Source of the DNA: Anaerolineae bacterium
Lineage (GTDB): Bacteria; Chloroflexota; Anaerolineae; B4-G1; SLSP01
Direction: 5' to 3'
DNA: 64,000 bases
Assembly (NCBI GenBank): GCA_035347995.1
Contig: DAOPQD010000001.1
Location: 46,012 to 110,011 of the forward strand
In this document: positions 26,197-35,535 of the stretch, piece by piece
Position numbering within the stretch: the first letter of the stretch is position 1
Layout: each line of letters starts with the position of its first letter
Program-made: the position numbers and the translations under genes
Notes under the pieces: model-generated
Told to the model about the DNA's origin: nothing
Databases searched by the model: none
What the model saw: the letters and a program-made list of their open reading frames with translations, nothing else

Positions 26197-26544
26197 ATGT
26201 CGTTGACATACGCTGAATTGCAGCAGCTGCTTCTTAAGCAAGAAGGTGAGCTGCGGAGTCAGTTGGAAAGCATCCATAGCGAAGTTCGTGAAGATGGGGT
26301 AGGTTATAGCAATCACATCGCCGATGCGGCGAGCGAGGTCTTCGAGCAGGCGCGCAATGTCTCCGTGTTGCAACAGCTCCGCCGTTCCTACGAAGATGTG
26401 CAGCACGCGCTCCAGAAATTCGAGGACGCTACTTATGGCATCTGCGAATCCTGCGGCGCGCTGATTGACATCCCCCGCCTGGAAGCTTTGCCCTCCGCCC
26501 GCTATTGCGTCACCTGCCAGACTCGCCTCGAAGGCAAACGATGA
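26197..26544 (+). CDS. DksA/TraR-family C4-type zinc-finger protein
   Basis: 115 aa, ATG with RBS GAGGAG. The C-terminal CESCGALI...YCVTCQ is a C4 zinc finger, and the N-terminus is a coiled coil. The track ORF 26065 starts at a GTG upstream, which I rejected. The stop overlaps the lspA ATG (ATGA). Confidence 0.7.
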   Translation: MSLTYAELQQLLLKQEGELRSQLESIHSEVREDGVGYSNHIADAASEVFEQARNVSVLQQLRRSYEDVQHALQKFEDATYGICESCGALIDIPRLEALPSARYCVTCQTRLEGKR

Positions 26545-27068
26545 GGCATTGGCGACTGCATCCGAGTCGCCTGTTGTTGTGGGGACTGGCGGCCGTTATC
26601 ATCCTTGCGGATCGTCTGTCCAAGGCATGGGTGCTGGCGCATCTCACGGAGTATGTGCCGACGGATGTTTTTCCCTGGCTGGCTCCCCTTGCGTCTTTCA
26701 CTCGCTTGCCCAACACCGGGGTCGCTTTTGGGATGTTCCCGCAGTTGGGGGACGTCTTCAAGGCCCTTTCTGCGGTGGTGATTGTCGCGATCATCTTTTT
26801 TTCCCGCAGCCTCGATCCCCACGATTGGTTTACCCATGTGGCGCTGGGCTTCATGATCGGCGGCGCGACAGGTAACCTCATAGATCGGCTGATTTATGGG
26901 TACGTGGTAGATTTCATTGATTTGAACTTCTGGCCCTTCCGTTCGTTTGCAGTTTTCAACCTCGCCGACGCCAGCATCGTCATTGGTGTGGGCTTATTGT
27001 TGGTGGTAGTTTGGGTTCAAGAGAGGCGCGCTGCCCATGTCAACCGAGCCGAAAATTCTGACAGCTGA
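26541..27068 (+). CDS. lspA: Lipoprotein signal peptidase (signal peptidase II)
   Basis: Four TM helices with conserved LspA motifs (NTGVAFG, FNLADASIVIG, GGATGNLIDR). It overlaps the upstream stop and the downstream rluD start. Confidence 0.85.
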   Translation: MRHWRLHPSRLLLWGLAAVIILADRLSKAWVLAHLTEYVPTDVFPWLAPLASFTRLPNTGVAFGMFPQLGDVFKALSAVVIVAIIFFSRSLDPHDWFTHVALGFMIGGATGNLIDRLIYGYVVDFIDLNFWPFRSFAVFNLADASIVIGVGLLLVVVWVQERRAAHVNRAENSDS

Positions 27069-27969
27069 AGAATCGCAACGTCTGGATCTGATCCTGGTTC
27101 AGCAATGGCCGGAACTGGGGCGACGGGCTTTGCGGGAGCTCGTCCAGCAGGGCGGCGTCCGCATCAACGGCGAGCTGGCCCTCAAGGCCGGGCAGTACGT
27201 GCAGGCGGGCGAGCGTGTGGAAGTTGCGGTCCCGCCCCTGGAGGAGAGCTTGTCGGCGTCAGAGGTCGCGCCCTCCGGTTTGGACGTCGTCTACGAGGAT
27301 GCGTCTATTGTGGTGGCGGACAAACCGGCGGGTATGCCCACGAACGCCACCCGTCGCGGCGGGGAAGTGACGTTGGCGGCGCTGTTGGGGCAGGCCTATC
27401 CTGACCTGTGGCATGTCGGCGGCGTGGAGCGCGCCGGCATTCTGCAGCGCCTTGACGCGGAGTGCTCCGGCCTGGTGGTGGCGGCGCGCACGGAGGAGGC
27501 CTATCGCACCCTCAAGCGCGAGGCCAGCCGTCAGCGGCTCGTGGGATCATACATGGCGCTGGTTGAGGGCCGTCTGACCGAGACTGGCGAGATCGAGGCG
27601 CCGATTGGAAACCTCAAGCATGAGCGGGAGCGGGCCAGCGTGATGCGCGAGGGGCGGGTCGCGCGGACGCGCTATCGGGCCGTGCATCACTACCGGGACG
27701 AGGGGCGTTACTACACCCTGCTGGAGGTCGCGCCCGAGTCGGCGCGCTTGCATCAAGTCCGCGTGCATCTGGCCTGGTATGGGTATCCCGTTGTGGGGGA
27801 CCGGCTGTACGGTTCGCCACGGCAGCCGGATTGGGTGACCCGCCTGTACCTGCACTTGTCTGAAGTGACGTTTCAGCATCCGCTTACCGGCGCGATGATG
27901 GCTCTGGATTCGCCGCTGCCCGCCGAGATTTACGGCGTGTTGCATTTCATGGCGCGCCGTAAGCGGTGA
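27037..27969 (+). CDS. rluD: RluA-family 23S rRNA pseudouridine synthase (RluD-like) with N-terminal S4 domain
   Basis: The S4-like N-terminus is LRELVQQGGVRINGELALKAGQYVQAGERVEV. The catalytic motifs are VVADKPAGMPT and HRLDAECSGLVVAAR (catalytic Asp). It has a 32-nt overlap with lspA. Confidence 0.8.
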   Translation: MSTEPKILTAEESQRLDLILVQQWPELGRRALRELVQQGGVRINGELALKAGQYVQAGERVEVAVPPLEESLSASEVAPSGLDVVYEDASIVVADKPAGMPTNATRRGGEVTLAALLGQAYPDLWHVGGVERAGILQRLDAECSGLVVAARTEEAYRTLKREASRQRLVGSYMALVEGRLTETGEIEAPIGNLKHERERASVMREGRVARTRYRAVHHYRDEGRYYTLLEVAPESARLHQVRVHLAWYGYPVVGDRLYGSPRQPDWVTRLYLHLSEVTFQHPLTGAMMALDSPLPAEIYGVLHFMARRKR

Positions 27970-28033
27970 GGATGGTCTTCTCTTGGCTTGATTTCAATAA
28001 CCTGCTTGTCAAACTGCTTGTCGAGGTGGGGAT

Positions 28034-28867
28034 ATGCGTGAATTGAACATCGCTGTCGTGCAGATGGCCCCGGAATTGGGCAAGATGGAAGCCAACATCG
28101 CCAGGATGGCGGATTGGATTCGCATCATTGCTACGGCGCAGCCGGTGGACATCATCGTCTTCCCGGAGCTCTCGGTCACCGGCTATGAGGGAGGGCAGCG
28201 CTTCGCGCAGATGGCGCAGCGCGTGCCCGGCGCGGCTTCCAACATCCTGGGGCAACACGCCAGCGAGTTTGGCGTCTATGTGCTGGTGGGGATGGCGACC
28301 AAGGAGAAGGTGGAAAGTGTGATTTACAACAGCGCCGTGCTCATCGGCCCCGATGGCGCGCCGGCAGGGGAATACCGCAAATTGCATTTGCCCGCCGAGG
28401 AGCGGCTGGTTTTCCGCCCCGGCTATCGGTTGGCGCCGGTGGAAACTGAGTTCGGCGTCATCGGCATCTTGCTCGGCTGGGACCTGGTGTTCCCAGAGGT
28501 GGCCCGGAATTTGGTGCTGGATGGCGCCGAGGTGTTGTTGCTGCCTGCGGCGTGGGAAGCGCGCCAGGCGGCGATCTGGCGCACGCTGCTCGTCGCCCGC
28601 GCTTATGAGAACGAGGTCTTCCTGGCCGCCGCGAACCGCATTGGACAGGAGCCCTCCTACACCTTCGGCGGGGAATCGGCGATTTTGGGGCCGCGCGGTG
28701 AGATGCTGGGGACTATCGCGCCCCCCGAGGAAGGCGAGGTCGGCCCGACGGAGGGATACGTGGTCGCCCGCCTGGACCTGGATGAAATTCGGCGGCGGCG
28801 GGAGGAATCGCAGATCATCTCAGCGCGCCAGCCGGCGGCGTATCGCGCCATCGTGCGCAAATATTGA
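28034..28867 (+). CDS. Carbon-nitrogen hydrolase family protein (nitrilase/amidase superfamily)
   Basis: NIAVVQMAP.. and the catalytic triad context (VFPELSVTGY for the Glu; the Cys nucleophile region GILLGWDLVFPE is less clear; a Lys-containing EYRKLHLP). About 277 aa, typical of Nit2/CN-hydrolase family members. Confidence 0.75.
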   Translation: MRELNIAVVQMAPELGKMEANIARMADWIRIIATAQPVDIIVFPELSVTGYEGGQRFAQMAQRVPGAASNILGQHASEFGVYVLVGMATKEKVESVIYNSAVLIGPDGAPAGEYRKLHLPAEERLVFRPGYRLAPVETEFGVIGILLGWDLVFPEVARNLVLDGAEVLLLPAAWEARQAAIWRTLLVARAYENEVFLAAANRIGQEPSYTFGGESAILGPRGEMLGTIAPPEEGEVGPTEGYVVARLDLDEIRRRREESQIISARQPAAYRAIVRKY

Positions 28868-28908
28868 GTTTTGGCCAGGGGGAGCGGGCCGTTCGGCCTG
28901 ACTTTGAG

Positions 28909-28943
28909 AAAACGCCGCAGGGAGAGCCTCCCTGCGGCGTTTT
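28909..28943. terminator. Bidirectional rho-independent terminator (16-bp perfect stem flanked by A-run and T-run)
   Basis: aaaacgccgcagggag-agc-ctccctgcggcgtttt lies between the convergent CN-hydrolase (+) and GNAT (-) genes. Confidence 0.75.
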
Positions 28944-28953
28944 GGGTGAAGTT

Positions 28954-30111
28954 TTACAGCGCTTTGTCGTACATGCGATAGGTCCGATAGAGCTCGCCGT
29001 TGAAATTGGCCGCGGTCTGCCGCATCGGGATATTCGATTCCAGCACCCAGGAGATCTCACAGCGCTTGTAGCCCTGTCGAATCCCCGCCTTGAGCGTTTC
29101 CAGGAACAGCAGGGCATCCACGCCCTGGCCCCGGTACTCCTCGACGATCCCGCCGACGGCGGCGCGGATGGTGGTGATGCAGTGGCGGACTTTCCACCAG
29201 TAGGCCAGCTTCACCGTCGTCCACCATTCCGGCTCACCGGGGCGGGGATAGGCCTTGAGTAAGGGCTGGCACAGATCAATGAACGGCAACATGAAGGCGA
29301 TCGGCTCCCCATCTCTTTCGGCGAAGAAAACTGTCTTGGGATCGAGGATCACCTTCAAAGCTTCGCCGAGGTGCTCCAACTCGCGTTCTGTCAAGGGCAC
29401 AAATCCCCAGTTCTTGGCCCAGGCGGCGTTGTAGACTTTCTTGACCTTCTGTTTCTCTTCTTCGAACTTGTGCATGTTGATGGGGCGGATCGTGATGTTC
29501 AGCCGGTCGCGGACGCGCTCGGCGACGCGGAGCAGCTTGGGGTTGATGCCGGTGCCGTCCTCCTTCATCGTCGTGAGATCGAAGGTGTACGCGTACAGGT
29601 CCATGGCCTTGGCGTAGCCGGCCGCTTCGAGGTAGTCCACGTAATAGCGCGGATTGTAGGTCATCATCACCACCGGCGGGCCATTCCAGCCGTCCACCAG
29701 CAAGCCGACCTCTTCATTGGTGGAGAAGTTGGCCGGTCCTCGCGAGGTGGTCATCCCTTGTGCTCTGAGGGTTTCCTCCGCGGTCTCCAGCAGCGCCTGG
29801 GAAGCTTCGGGATCCTCGAGCACCTCATACATCCCAAAGAAGCCCACTTTGTCGTTCCAGACCTCATTGTGGCGGTGATTGACAATCGCTGAGATGCGCC
29901 CGACCACTTTGTCGCCACGCCAGGCGAGAAAAGACTTCACGTTTGCGTGCTCATAAAAGGGATGGCGCTCCGGATCCATGATCTCGAAGCGCTCCGAAAG
30001 CAGCGGCGGGACCCACAGCGGGTCGTTTTTGTAGACTTCCCACTGAAAATAGATGAAGGTCTTGATGTCTGCTGCCGTTTCCACCGGGGTGATGCGAAGC
30101 TGTTCTGTCAT
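28954..30111 (-). CDS. GNAT-fold N-acetyltransferase family protein (385 aa, two-lobed)
   Basis: The C-terminal lobe has an acetyl-CoA-binding-like segment (RGQGVDALLFLETLKAGIRQGYKRCEISWVLESN). Overall pattern resembles uncharacterized ~380-aa GNAT proteins; the substrate is unknown. Confidence 0.55.
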   Translation of the reverse strand: MTEQLRITPVETAADIKTFIYFQWEVYKNDPLWVPPLLSERFEIMDPERHPFYEHANVKSFLAWRGDKVVGRISAIVNHRHNEVWNDKVGFFGMYEVLEDPEASQALLETAEETLRAQGMTTSRGPANFSTNEEVGLLVDGWNGPPVVMMTYNPRYYVDYLEAAGYAKAMDLYAYTFDLTTMKEDGTGINPKLLRVAERVRDRLNITIRPINMHKFEEEKQKVKKVYNAAWAKNWGFVPLTERELEHLGEALKVILDPKTVFFAERDGEPIAFMLPFIDLCQPLLKAYPRPGEPEWWTTVKLAYWWKVRHCITTIRAAVGGIVEEYRGQGVDALLFLETLKAGIRQGYKRCEISWVLESNIPMRQTAANFNGELYRTYRMYDKAL

Positions 30112-30268
30112 AATGCCTCCTTCTCATAAGTGCGACGCCGAATCATTTACGATTATACGACCGATTGGCGTCGTCGTCAAAAAACGCCCTTTACTTTCAG
30201 CGCATCTTCTAATGTAATTCTAACATTGTCTTGCTAAAATAATACAAAATTCTACGTGAGGTGAACTT

Positions 30269-32845
30269 ATGGATCTGAATCGTTATACAGAAAAAGCTCA
30301 AGAGGCGCTGCTGCGGGCGCAAGGGTTAACGGTTGAACACGGGCATCCGCAGATCGAGCCCGAACATCTGTTGTTGGCCTTGCTGGAGCAGGCGGACGGC
30401 GTGGTCCCGCAGGTGATCCTGCAGCTCGGCGGCGATCCGCAACGCCTTGCTGGCGATGTGCGGCAGGTGCTGTCGCGTCGGCCGCGGACGCAAGGGGGCG
30501 CCGCGCAGGTAGGACTCTCGCCTGCAACCGCTCGCCTGTTGCAGGCGGCCGAGCGTGAGGCCGATGGCTTGCATGATGACTACGTGAGCACCGAGCATTT
30601 GCTGCTGGCGATGGCGGACACGAGCACGGGCGACCTTTCCCGTTTCCTGGCGACCTTTGGCGTCACCCGTGATGCGGTATTGCGCGCTCTCCAGGGAATT
30701 CGCGGCGGACAGCGCGTCACGACGCCGACCCCCGAAGGGACCTACTCGGCGTTGGAGCGCTATGGGCGCGACCTGACAGTGTTGGCGCAGCAGGGCAAGC
30801 TCGACCCGGTGATTGGCCGCGACGATGAAGTCCGGCGGGTGATGCAGATTCTCTCCCGCCGTACGAAGAACAACCCCGTGCTGGTAGGCGAGGCCGGCGT
30901 GGGGAAGACCGCCATTGTCGAGGGGTTGGCGCAGCGCATCGTGCGGGGCGACGTCCCCGAAAGCCTGAAGGACAAGCGCATCTTCCAGCTGGACATGGGC
31001 GCGCTCATTGCCGGCGCCAAGTATCGCGGCGAGTTCGAGGAGCGCCTCAAGGCGGTGCTCAACGAGGTGGCGCGCTCGGAAGGGAAAATTTTGCTGTTCA
31101 TTGATGAGCTGCATACCGTCGTTGGCGCGGGCAAGGCGGAGGGCGCGATGGATGCCGGCAACCTCCTTAAACCCATGCTGGCGCGCGGCGAGCTACACAC
31201 CATTGGCGCGACGACGCTGGATGAATATCGCCAGTACATCGAGAAAGACGCGGCGTTGGAGCGACGTTTCCAGCCGGTCTATGTGGACGAGCCGTCGGTA
31301 GAGGACACCGTCAGCATCCTGCGCGGCCTCAAGGAGCGCTATGAGGCGCATCACGGCGTCCGCATTCAGGACGCGGCGCTCATCGCGGCGGCCTCGCTGA
31401 GCCGGCGCTACATCACCGACCGGCAGCTGCCCGACAAGGCCATTGACTTGATAGACGAGGCTGCGGCGCGGCTGAAAATGGAGATTGATTCCAAGCCGGA
31501 GGATCTGGACGAATGTGATCGCCGCATCATGCAGCTGGAAATCGAGCGCGAGGCGTTGCGGAAGGAAAAAGATGAGGCCAGCCGCCAGCGCCTGCAGAAA
31601 CTGGAACAGGAGCTGGCGGACCTGCACGAGCGCGAGCGCGCGCTGCGTTCGCGGTGGGAGCAGGAGAAATCGCTGATCCAGGAATTGCAGGCCACGCAGC
31701 AGGCGATGGAGGCGCTCAAGGTTGAGATTGAACAGGCGGAGCGGGCCTTTGACCTGGAGCGGGCGGCGCGGCTGCGCTATGGCAAAGCTCTGGAATTGCA
31801 GAAGCAACAGGAGGAGTTGCAGGAACAGCTGCGAAAGGTGCAGGGGGATCGCCCCCTTCTGCGCCTGGAGGTCAGCCCGGAGGAAATCGCGCGCGTGGTC
31901 TCGGAGTGGACGGGGATTCCGGTCTCTCGACTGTTGGAGGGCGAACGCGCCAAGCTGCTCCGCATGGAGGAGGAGCTCCATCGGCGTGTGGTAGGACAGG
32001 ATGAGGCGGTCGCCGCCGTCTCTAACGCCGTGCGACGTTCGCGCGCCGGCTTGCAGGACCCCAACCGTCCTATCGGCTCGTTCCTGTTCCTGGGGCCGAC
32101 GGGTGTGGGGAAGACGGAGCTGGCCCGAGCCCTGGCCGAATTCCTGTTCGATACCGAGGACGCGCTCATTCGCATTGACATGAGCGAGTATCAGGAGAAG
32201 CACACCGTCTCGCGGCTCATCGGCGCGCCGCCGGGATATGTCGGCTATGAGGAAGGCGGGCAGTTGACCGAGGCTGTGCGGCGTCGGCCTTACAGTGTGT
32301 TACTGTTGGATGAGATCGAGAAGGCGCATCCCGAAGTCTTCAACGTGCTGTTGCAGCTGCTGGATGACGGACGTCTCACCGATGGGCATGGTCGGACGGT
32401 GGACTTCAAAAATACCATCGTCATTTTGACCAGCAACGTGGGCAGCCGGTGGATCAAGGAGCTGGGGGTGGAGGCGGCCCGTTCGCAGGTGCTGGCGGAG
32501 CTGGATCAGGCGTTCCGACCGGAGTTCCTGAACCGGATTGACGCGGTGATTCTCTTCCGTAATCTCACTCGCGAAGACCTGGCGCAGATCGTGGACATTC
32601 AGGCGCGGCATTTGCAGGCTCTGTTGGCCGAGCGACACATCGAGGTGACCTTGACCGAGGCGGCGCGCCATTACCTGGCGGACGTGGGGTATGATCCCGT
32701 GTATGGCGCCCGCCCGCTCAAGCGCGCCATCCAGCGCGAGCTGCAAGATCCGCTGGCGCTGGCGGTGTTGGAAGGCCGCTTTGGCGAGGGGTCGCACGTT
32801 ACCGTGGAGGTACGCGAGGGCAAACTGACCTTTGTCGAGGGCTGA
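30269..32845 (+). CDS. clpB: ATP-dependent chaperone ClpB (disaggregase)
   Basis: Clp_N repeats are followed by NBD1 Walker A ([21 protein letters not shown]). A long coiled-coil M-domain ([24 protein letters not shown]...) distinguishes ClpB from ClpA/C. NBD2 Walker A is [19 protein letters not shown] with sensor motifs. 858 aa. The upstream ~140-bp region is AT-rich. Confidence 0.95.
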   Translation: MDLNRYTEKAQEALLRAQGLTVEHGHPQIEPEHLLLALLEQADGVVPQVILQLGGDPQRLAGDVRQVLSRRPRTQGGAAQVGLSPATARLLQAAEREADGLHDDYVSTEHLLLAMADTSTGDLSRFLATFGVTRDAVLRALQGIRGGQRVTTPTPEGTYSALERYGRDLTVLAQQGKLDPVIGRDDEVRRVMQILSRRTKNNPVLVGEAGVGKTAIVEGLAQRIVRGDVPESLKDKRIFQLDMGALIAGAKYRGEFEERLKAVLNEVARSEGKILLFIDELHTVVGAGKAEGAMDAGNLLKPMLARGELHTIGATTLDEYRQYIEKDAALERRFQPVYVDEPSVEDTVSILRGLKERYEAHHGVRIQDAALIAAASLSRRYITDRQLPDKAIDLIDEAAARLKMEIDSKPEDLDECDRRIMQLEIEREALRKEKDEASRQRLQKLEQELADLHERERALRSRWEQEKSLIQELQATQQAMEALKVEIEQAERAFDLERAARLRYGKALELQKQQEELQEQLRKVQGDRPLLRLEVSPEEIARVVSEWTGIPVSRLLEGERAKLLRMEEELHRRVVGQDEAVAAVSNAVRRSRAGLQDPNRPIGSFLFLGPTGVGKTELARALAEFLFDTEDALIRIDMSEYQEKHTVSRLIGAPPGYVGYEEGGQLTEAVRRRPYSVLLLDEIEKAHPEVFNVLLQLLDDGRLTDGHGRTVDFKNTIVILTSNVGSRWIKELGVEAARSQVLAELDQAFRPEFLNRIDAVILFRNLTREDLAQIVDIQARHLQALLAERHIEVTLTEAARHYLADVGYDPVYGARPLKRAIQRELQDPLALAVLEGRFGEGSHVTVEVREGKLTFVEG

Positions 32846-32870
32846 TAGCGTCTGATGTCTGGCCGGAATC

Positions 32871-32914
32871 AACACCGTCGTGGTGGAATGAAGTTCCCAT
32901 CACGACGGTGTTTT
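32871..32914 (+). terminator. Rho-independent terminator of clpB
   Basis: aacaccgtcgtggtgg-aatgaagttcc-ccatcacgacggtgtt followed by TTTTG. It begins 26 nt after the clpB stop. Confidence 0.7.
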
Positions 32915-32915
32915 G

Positions 32916-33137
32916 TCAGAAGACCGCGCGGATCATGAGCATCACCCCCAGAATGGCGAGAGGGATCCCCACAATCGCGCCGATGAGGGTGAGGCTCAGA
33001 AGCACTCCCACGATCAGCAGCACTACGCCTAGCACTGCCGTGACCAGCCGGCCAGTCAGCTTCAAAATCCCACACACCAGATTCCAGAGCACGGCAAAGG
33101 GCCATAAAAACCACGGAACTGTCGTTGTATCAATCAT
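32916..33137 (-). CDS. Small two-TM inner-membrane protein (YccF/DUF307-like)
   Basis: 73 aa with two hydrophobic helices. The motif IGAIVGIPLAILGV resembles the YccF-type IGIPFG signature. RBS GAGGTGAAGG is present. Confidence 0.45.
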   Translation of the reverse strand: MIDTTTVPWFLWPFAVLWNLVCGILKLTGRLVTAVLGVVLLIVGVLLSLTLIGAIVGIPLAILGVMLMIRAVF

Positions 33138-33166
33138 CCTTCACCTCTTTTTTTCGCGTAGCCAGA

Positions 33167-33194
33167 TTGGGATTTACACATTGGGATTTACACA
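33167..33194. repeat. Perfect tandem 14-bp direct repeat (TTGGGATTTACACA x2) about 30 nt upstream of the small membrane protein gene
   Basis: ttgggatttacacattgggatttacaca. In gene orientation this reads TGTGTAAATCCCAA x2 directly followed by the RBS region. Confidence 0.7.
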
Positions 33195-33267
33195 AGATTC
33201 CAACGTGCTGCGTTTGCTTTATCAATTACGCAGAGGAGCTAAAAAGGTCGCAGGGCCTTTGTGGACG

Positions 33268-35535
33268 TCATCCCCCGGCGCGAACCCGAACGCTCCCCAG
33301 GGGAACCAGGGCATTAGGAAGCGGGGCCTCGTCCTCTGAGGCGGGGAGGCGCGTCCCATCGGCAGCGCGATACAACCCTGCCCACAGATGATAGTCGCCG
33401 GGCGGGAGCGTTGCCGGGACGGCGAGGACATGCGTGTCGGGGACGATGTCCCCTGGCTGCCAGAGCGGGGTGGGGAACCAGCCGTCACGCGGTTCGCTGT
33501 CGTGCTGGGCGTAGGCCGTTGCCGCCCCGGGCTCCCAGAGATGCACGAAGGCTATCAGCGGCTCGTTGATGGTCGAGGCGGCTTCCCAGTACAGGGTCAC
33601 GGTGAGAGGCTGTCCCGCCTGCACCGTGGGACTGCGGTCATAGCCCCGCAGGACAGTGGCCTCGCCGAAGTCCACCGCCAGCGGATATGCCGGCTCTGGA
33701 ACGTGCGCTTCTTTTGGAGCCAGCACGACCGAGGCGACGATGGGTGGCGCGACGGGAATGTCCCCCGCGGTCGCCGGAAGCCGCTCGCCCGTTGCGGCGT
33801 CGAAAAGTCCGATTTCTAGCAGCGCGCGGAGCGGCGTGTCTACCTGGGAGGGGAGCGTCAGCTCGTACACATCGCAGAACGCGCGGCCCACAGGCCATAG
33901 CGAGGTGGGGAACCGTCCCAGCCCTGGATACGTGCGCCGTGAGGTGATGATCCCGTTTTCGGGACCGAGAAGCTGGACGAAGACGGTGTAATCGCGCGTC
34001 ATGGGGCGGGCAGCCTGCCAGCAGGCGCGCACGGCGAAGTCATCTCCGGGCGCCAGTCGCTCTGTTTTCACGAGGGCGGCGCTCAACAGCAGCGCTTCAT
34101 CGTCGTAGCGCAGTTGGGGCGTCGAGATCATCGTCGGCGAGAACAATTTTGGCGGCGCAAAAGTCGCCAGAATCCGCGCGCCGGGGGCCAGGACGGTGAG
34201 GGTGACGAGCAGCGTGAGGAAGAGCTTCTGGTAACGGCGGGGAGCGCGGCCGGAACCTTGAAATCCCGCCGCTATCAGCACTGCCCACGCTCCAATCGCC
34301 GGGAACAGCAGCCGTCCGTGGGGCGCTTCGACCTGTCGCATCCAGTGCAACAGCGCGGCGAAAACCCCCATCAACCAGAAAGTGCAGAGCAGGTAGATGG
34401 CTCGCGAGCGCCGGGAGGGGACGGCTGAGGCAGGCCGGGGGCTGCGGAGCATCCGATAGAGCCCATGGAGGAGGGCTCCTAGCGTGAGCAGCGTCAGCGC
34501 GACGTAAATCCAGTCGGGCCACCAGACGTGTCCCCATCCATACGCGCCCCAGAAGGAGCGCCACAGCAGGGGGAACTCCGGGACCAGCGCCAGCAGGGAA
34601 ACCGGCGCCGGGCGCCCCCACAAGGTATTGACGTGATGGGACATGCCCAACGGGTCCCCGTAGAGGAACAGATTGCGGAGATACCACCCCCCACCGACGA
34701 GCAGCGCCGTCAGCCCAAAGGCCAGCGCCGCGCGCCATGTGTCCCGATAGCGTCGCATTCCCCGCGGCGGCGCGGGCTGCTCCTGCGTCTGTCGCCATCC
34801 CTGCCAGAGCAGGCTCAGGCCGGTGAGGGGGAGCAGCAACAGCGCGCTCGTTTTCGTCAGCGCTGCCAGGCCGGCAAGGGCGCCGGCGAGGGCGGCGCGG
34901 TGCGGGGTGATTCCCCGCCGCAGAAAACGCGCCGTGGCCCACAGGGTGGCGGTAGAAAGGGCGGCGGTAGCGCTGTCGTTGCTGACCACGCTGCTCATGA
35001 AGACGAATTGGGGATGAAAGCCCACCAGGGCCGCGGTGAGCAGTGCCGCGCGCTGATTCCCAAATGCCTCGTAGCCCATTCCCCACGCGGCGCAGACGGT
35101 CACCAGGCCGAAGAGCAGCGAGGCGAAGCGAGCGATCCGCACGGCGAGGACGGCGCCGCGGCCCGGAAAGCCTTCCCGTGGGGTGTGGATGAGCATGTTT
35201 TTGTTGTCGGGCGTAGTTCCCGGCGCCTGATAGCCGAAATGTGGATTGTGCCAGAACAACGTCTGCAGGTCGTCATCGGGGAAGGGGGCGCTGAGCAACG
35301 CCGCGACGGCGTAATAGAGCGGCGGTTGCGCCACTTCCTGATTCGCGCCGCTGGCATTGTCCTTCATGGAGGGCAGGCCGTGTCCTTCGGCGAGCCAGCG
35401 GACGTAGGCGTAGTGCCAGACCTCATCGGGCGCTTCGAAAAGTGGCGTGGCCCAGCCATGCAGCACCACCAACACCGCGAATGCGGCGAGGAGCGGGATG
35501 AGCGGATGCAGGCTGCGGCGACGGCTACAGTTCAT
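33268..35535 (-). CDS. GT-C fold (PMT/ArnT-like) membrane glycosyltransferase, paralog 1, with C-terminal periplasmic tandem beta-domains
   Basis: The DE motif sits in loop 1 (LFEAPDEVWHYAYV), followed by a multi-TM core (~450 aa). The C-terminal ~280 aa carries two copies of a ~85-aa module (YTVFVQLLGPENG...SLWPVG.. and IAFVHLWEPGAA...PLWQPGDIV...GDYHLWAGLYRAADGTRLPA). The start overlaps the stop of the upstream paralog (ATGA). Confidence 0.7.
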   Translation of the reverse strand: MNCSRRRSLHPLIPLLAAFAVLVVLHGWATPLFEAPDEVWHYAYVRWLAEGHGLPSMKDNASGANQEVAQPPLYYAVAALLSAPFPDDDLQTLFWHNPHFGYQAPGTTPDNKNMLIHTPREGFPGRGAVLAVRIARFASLLFGLVTVCAAWGMGYEAFGNQRAALLTAALVGFHPQFVFMSSVVSNDSATAALSTATLWATARFLRRGITPHRAALAGALAGLAALTKTSALLLLPLTGLSLLWQGWRQTQEQPAPPRGMRRYRDTWRAALAFGLTALLVGGGWYLRNLFLYGDPLGMSHHVNTLWGRPAPVSLLALVPEFPLLWRSFWGAYGWGHVWWPDWIYVALTLLTLGALLHGLYRMLRSPRPASAVPSRRSRAIYLLCTFWLMGVFAALLHWMRQVEAPHGRLLFPAIGAWAVLIAAGFQGSGRAPRRYQKLFLTLLVTLTVLAPGARILATFAPPKLFSPTMISTPQLRYDDEALLLSAALVKTERLAPGDDFAVRACWQAARPMTRDYTVFVQLLGPENGIITSRRTYPGLGRFPTSLWPVGRAFCDVYELTLPSQVDTPLRALLEIGLFDAATGERLPATAGDIPVAPPIVASVVLAPKEAHVPEPAYPLAVDFGEATVLRGYDRSPTVQAGQPLTVTLYWEAASTINEPLIAFVHLWEPGAATAYAQHDSEPRDGWFPTPLWQPGDIVPDTHVLAVPATLPPGDYHLWAGLYRAADGTRLPASEDEAPLPNALVPLGSVRVRAGG

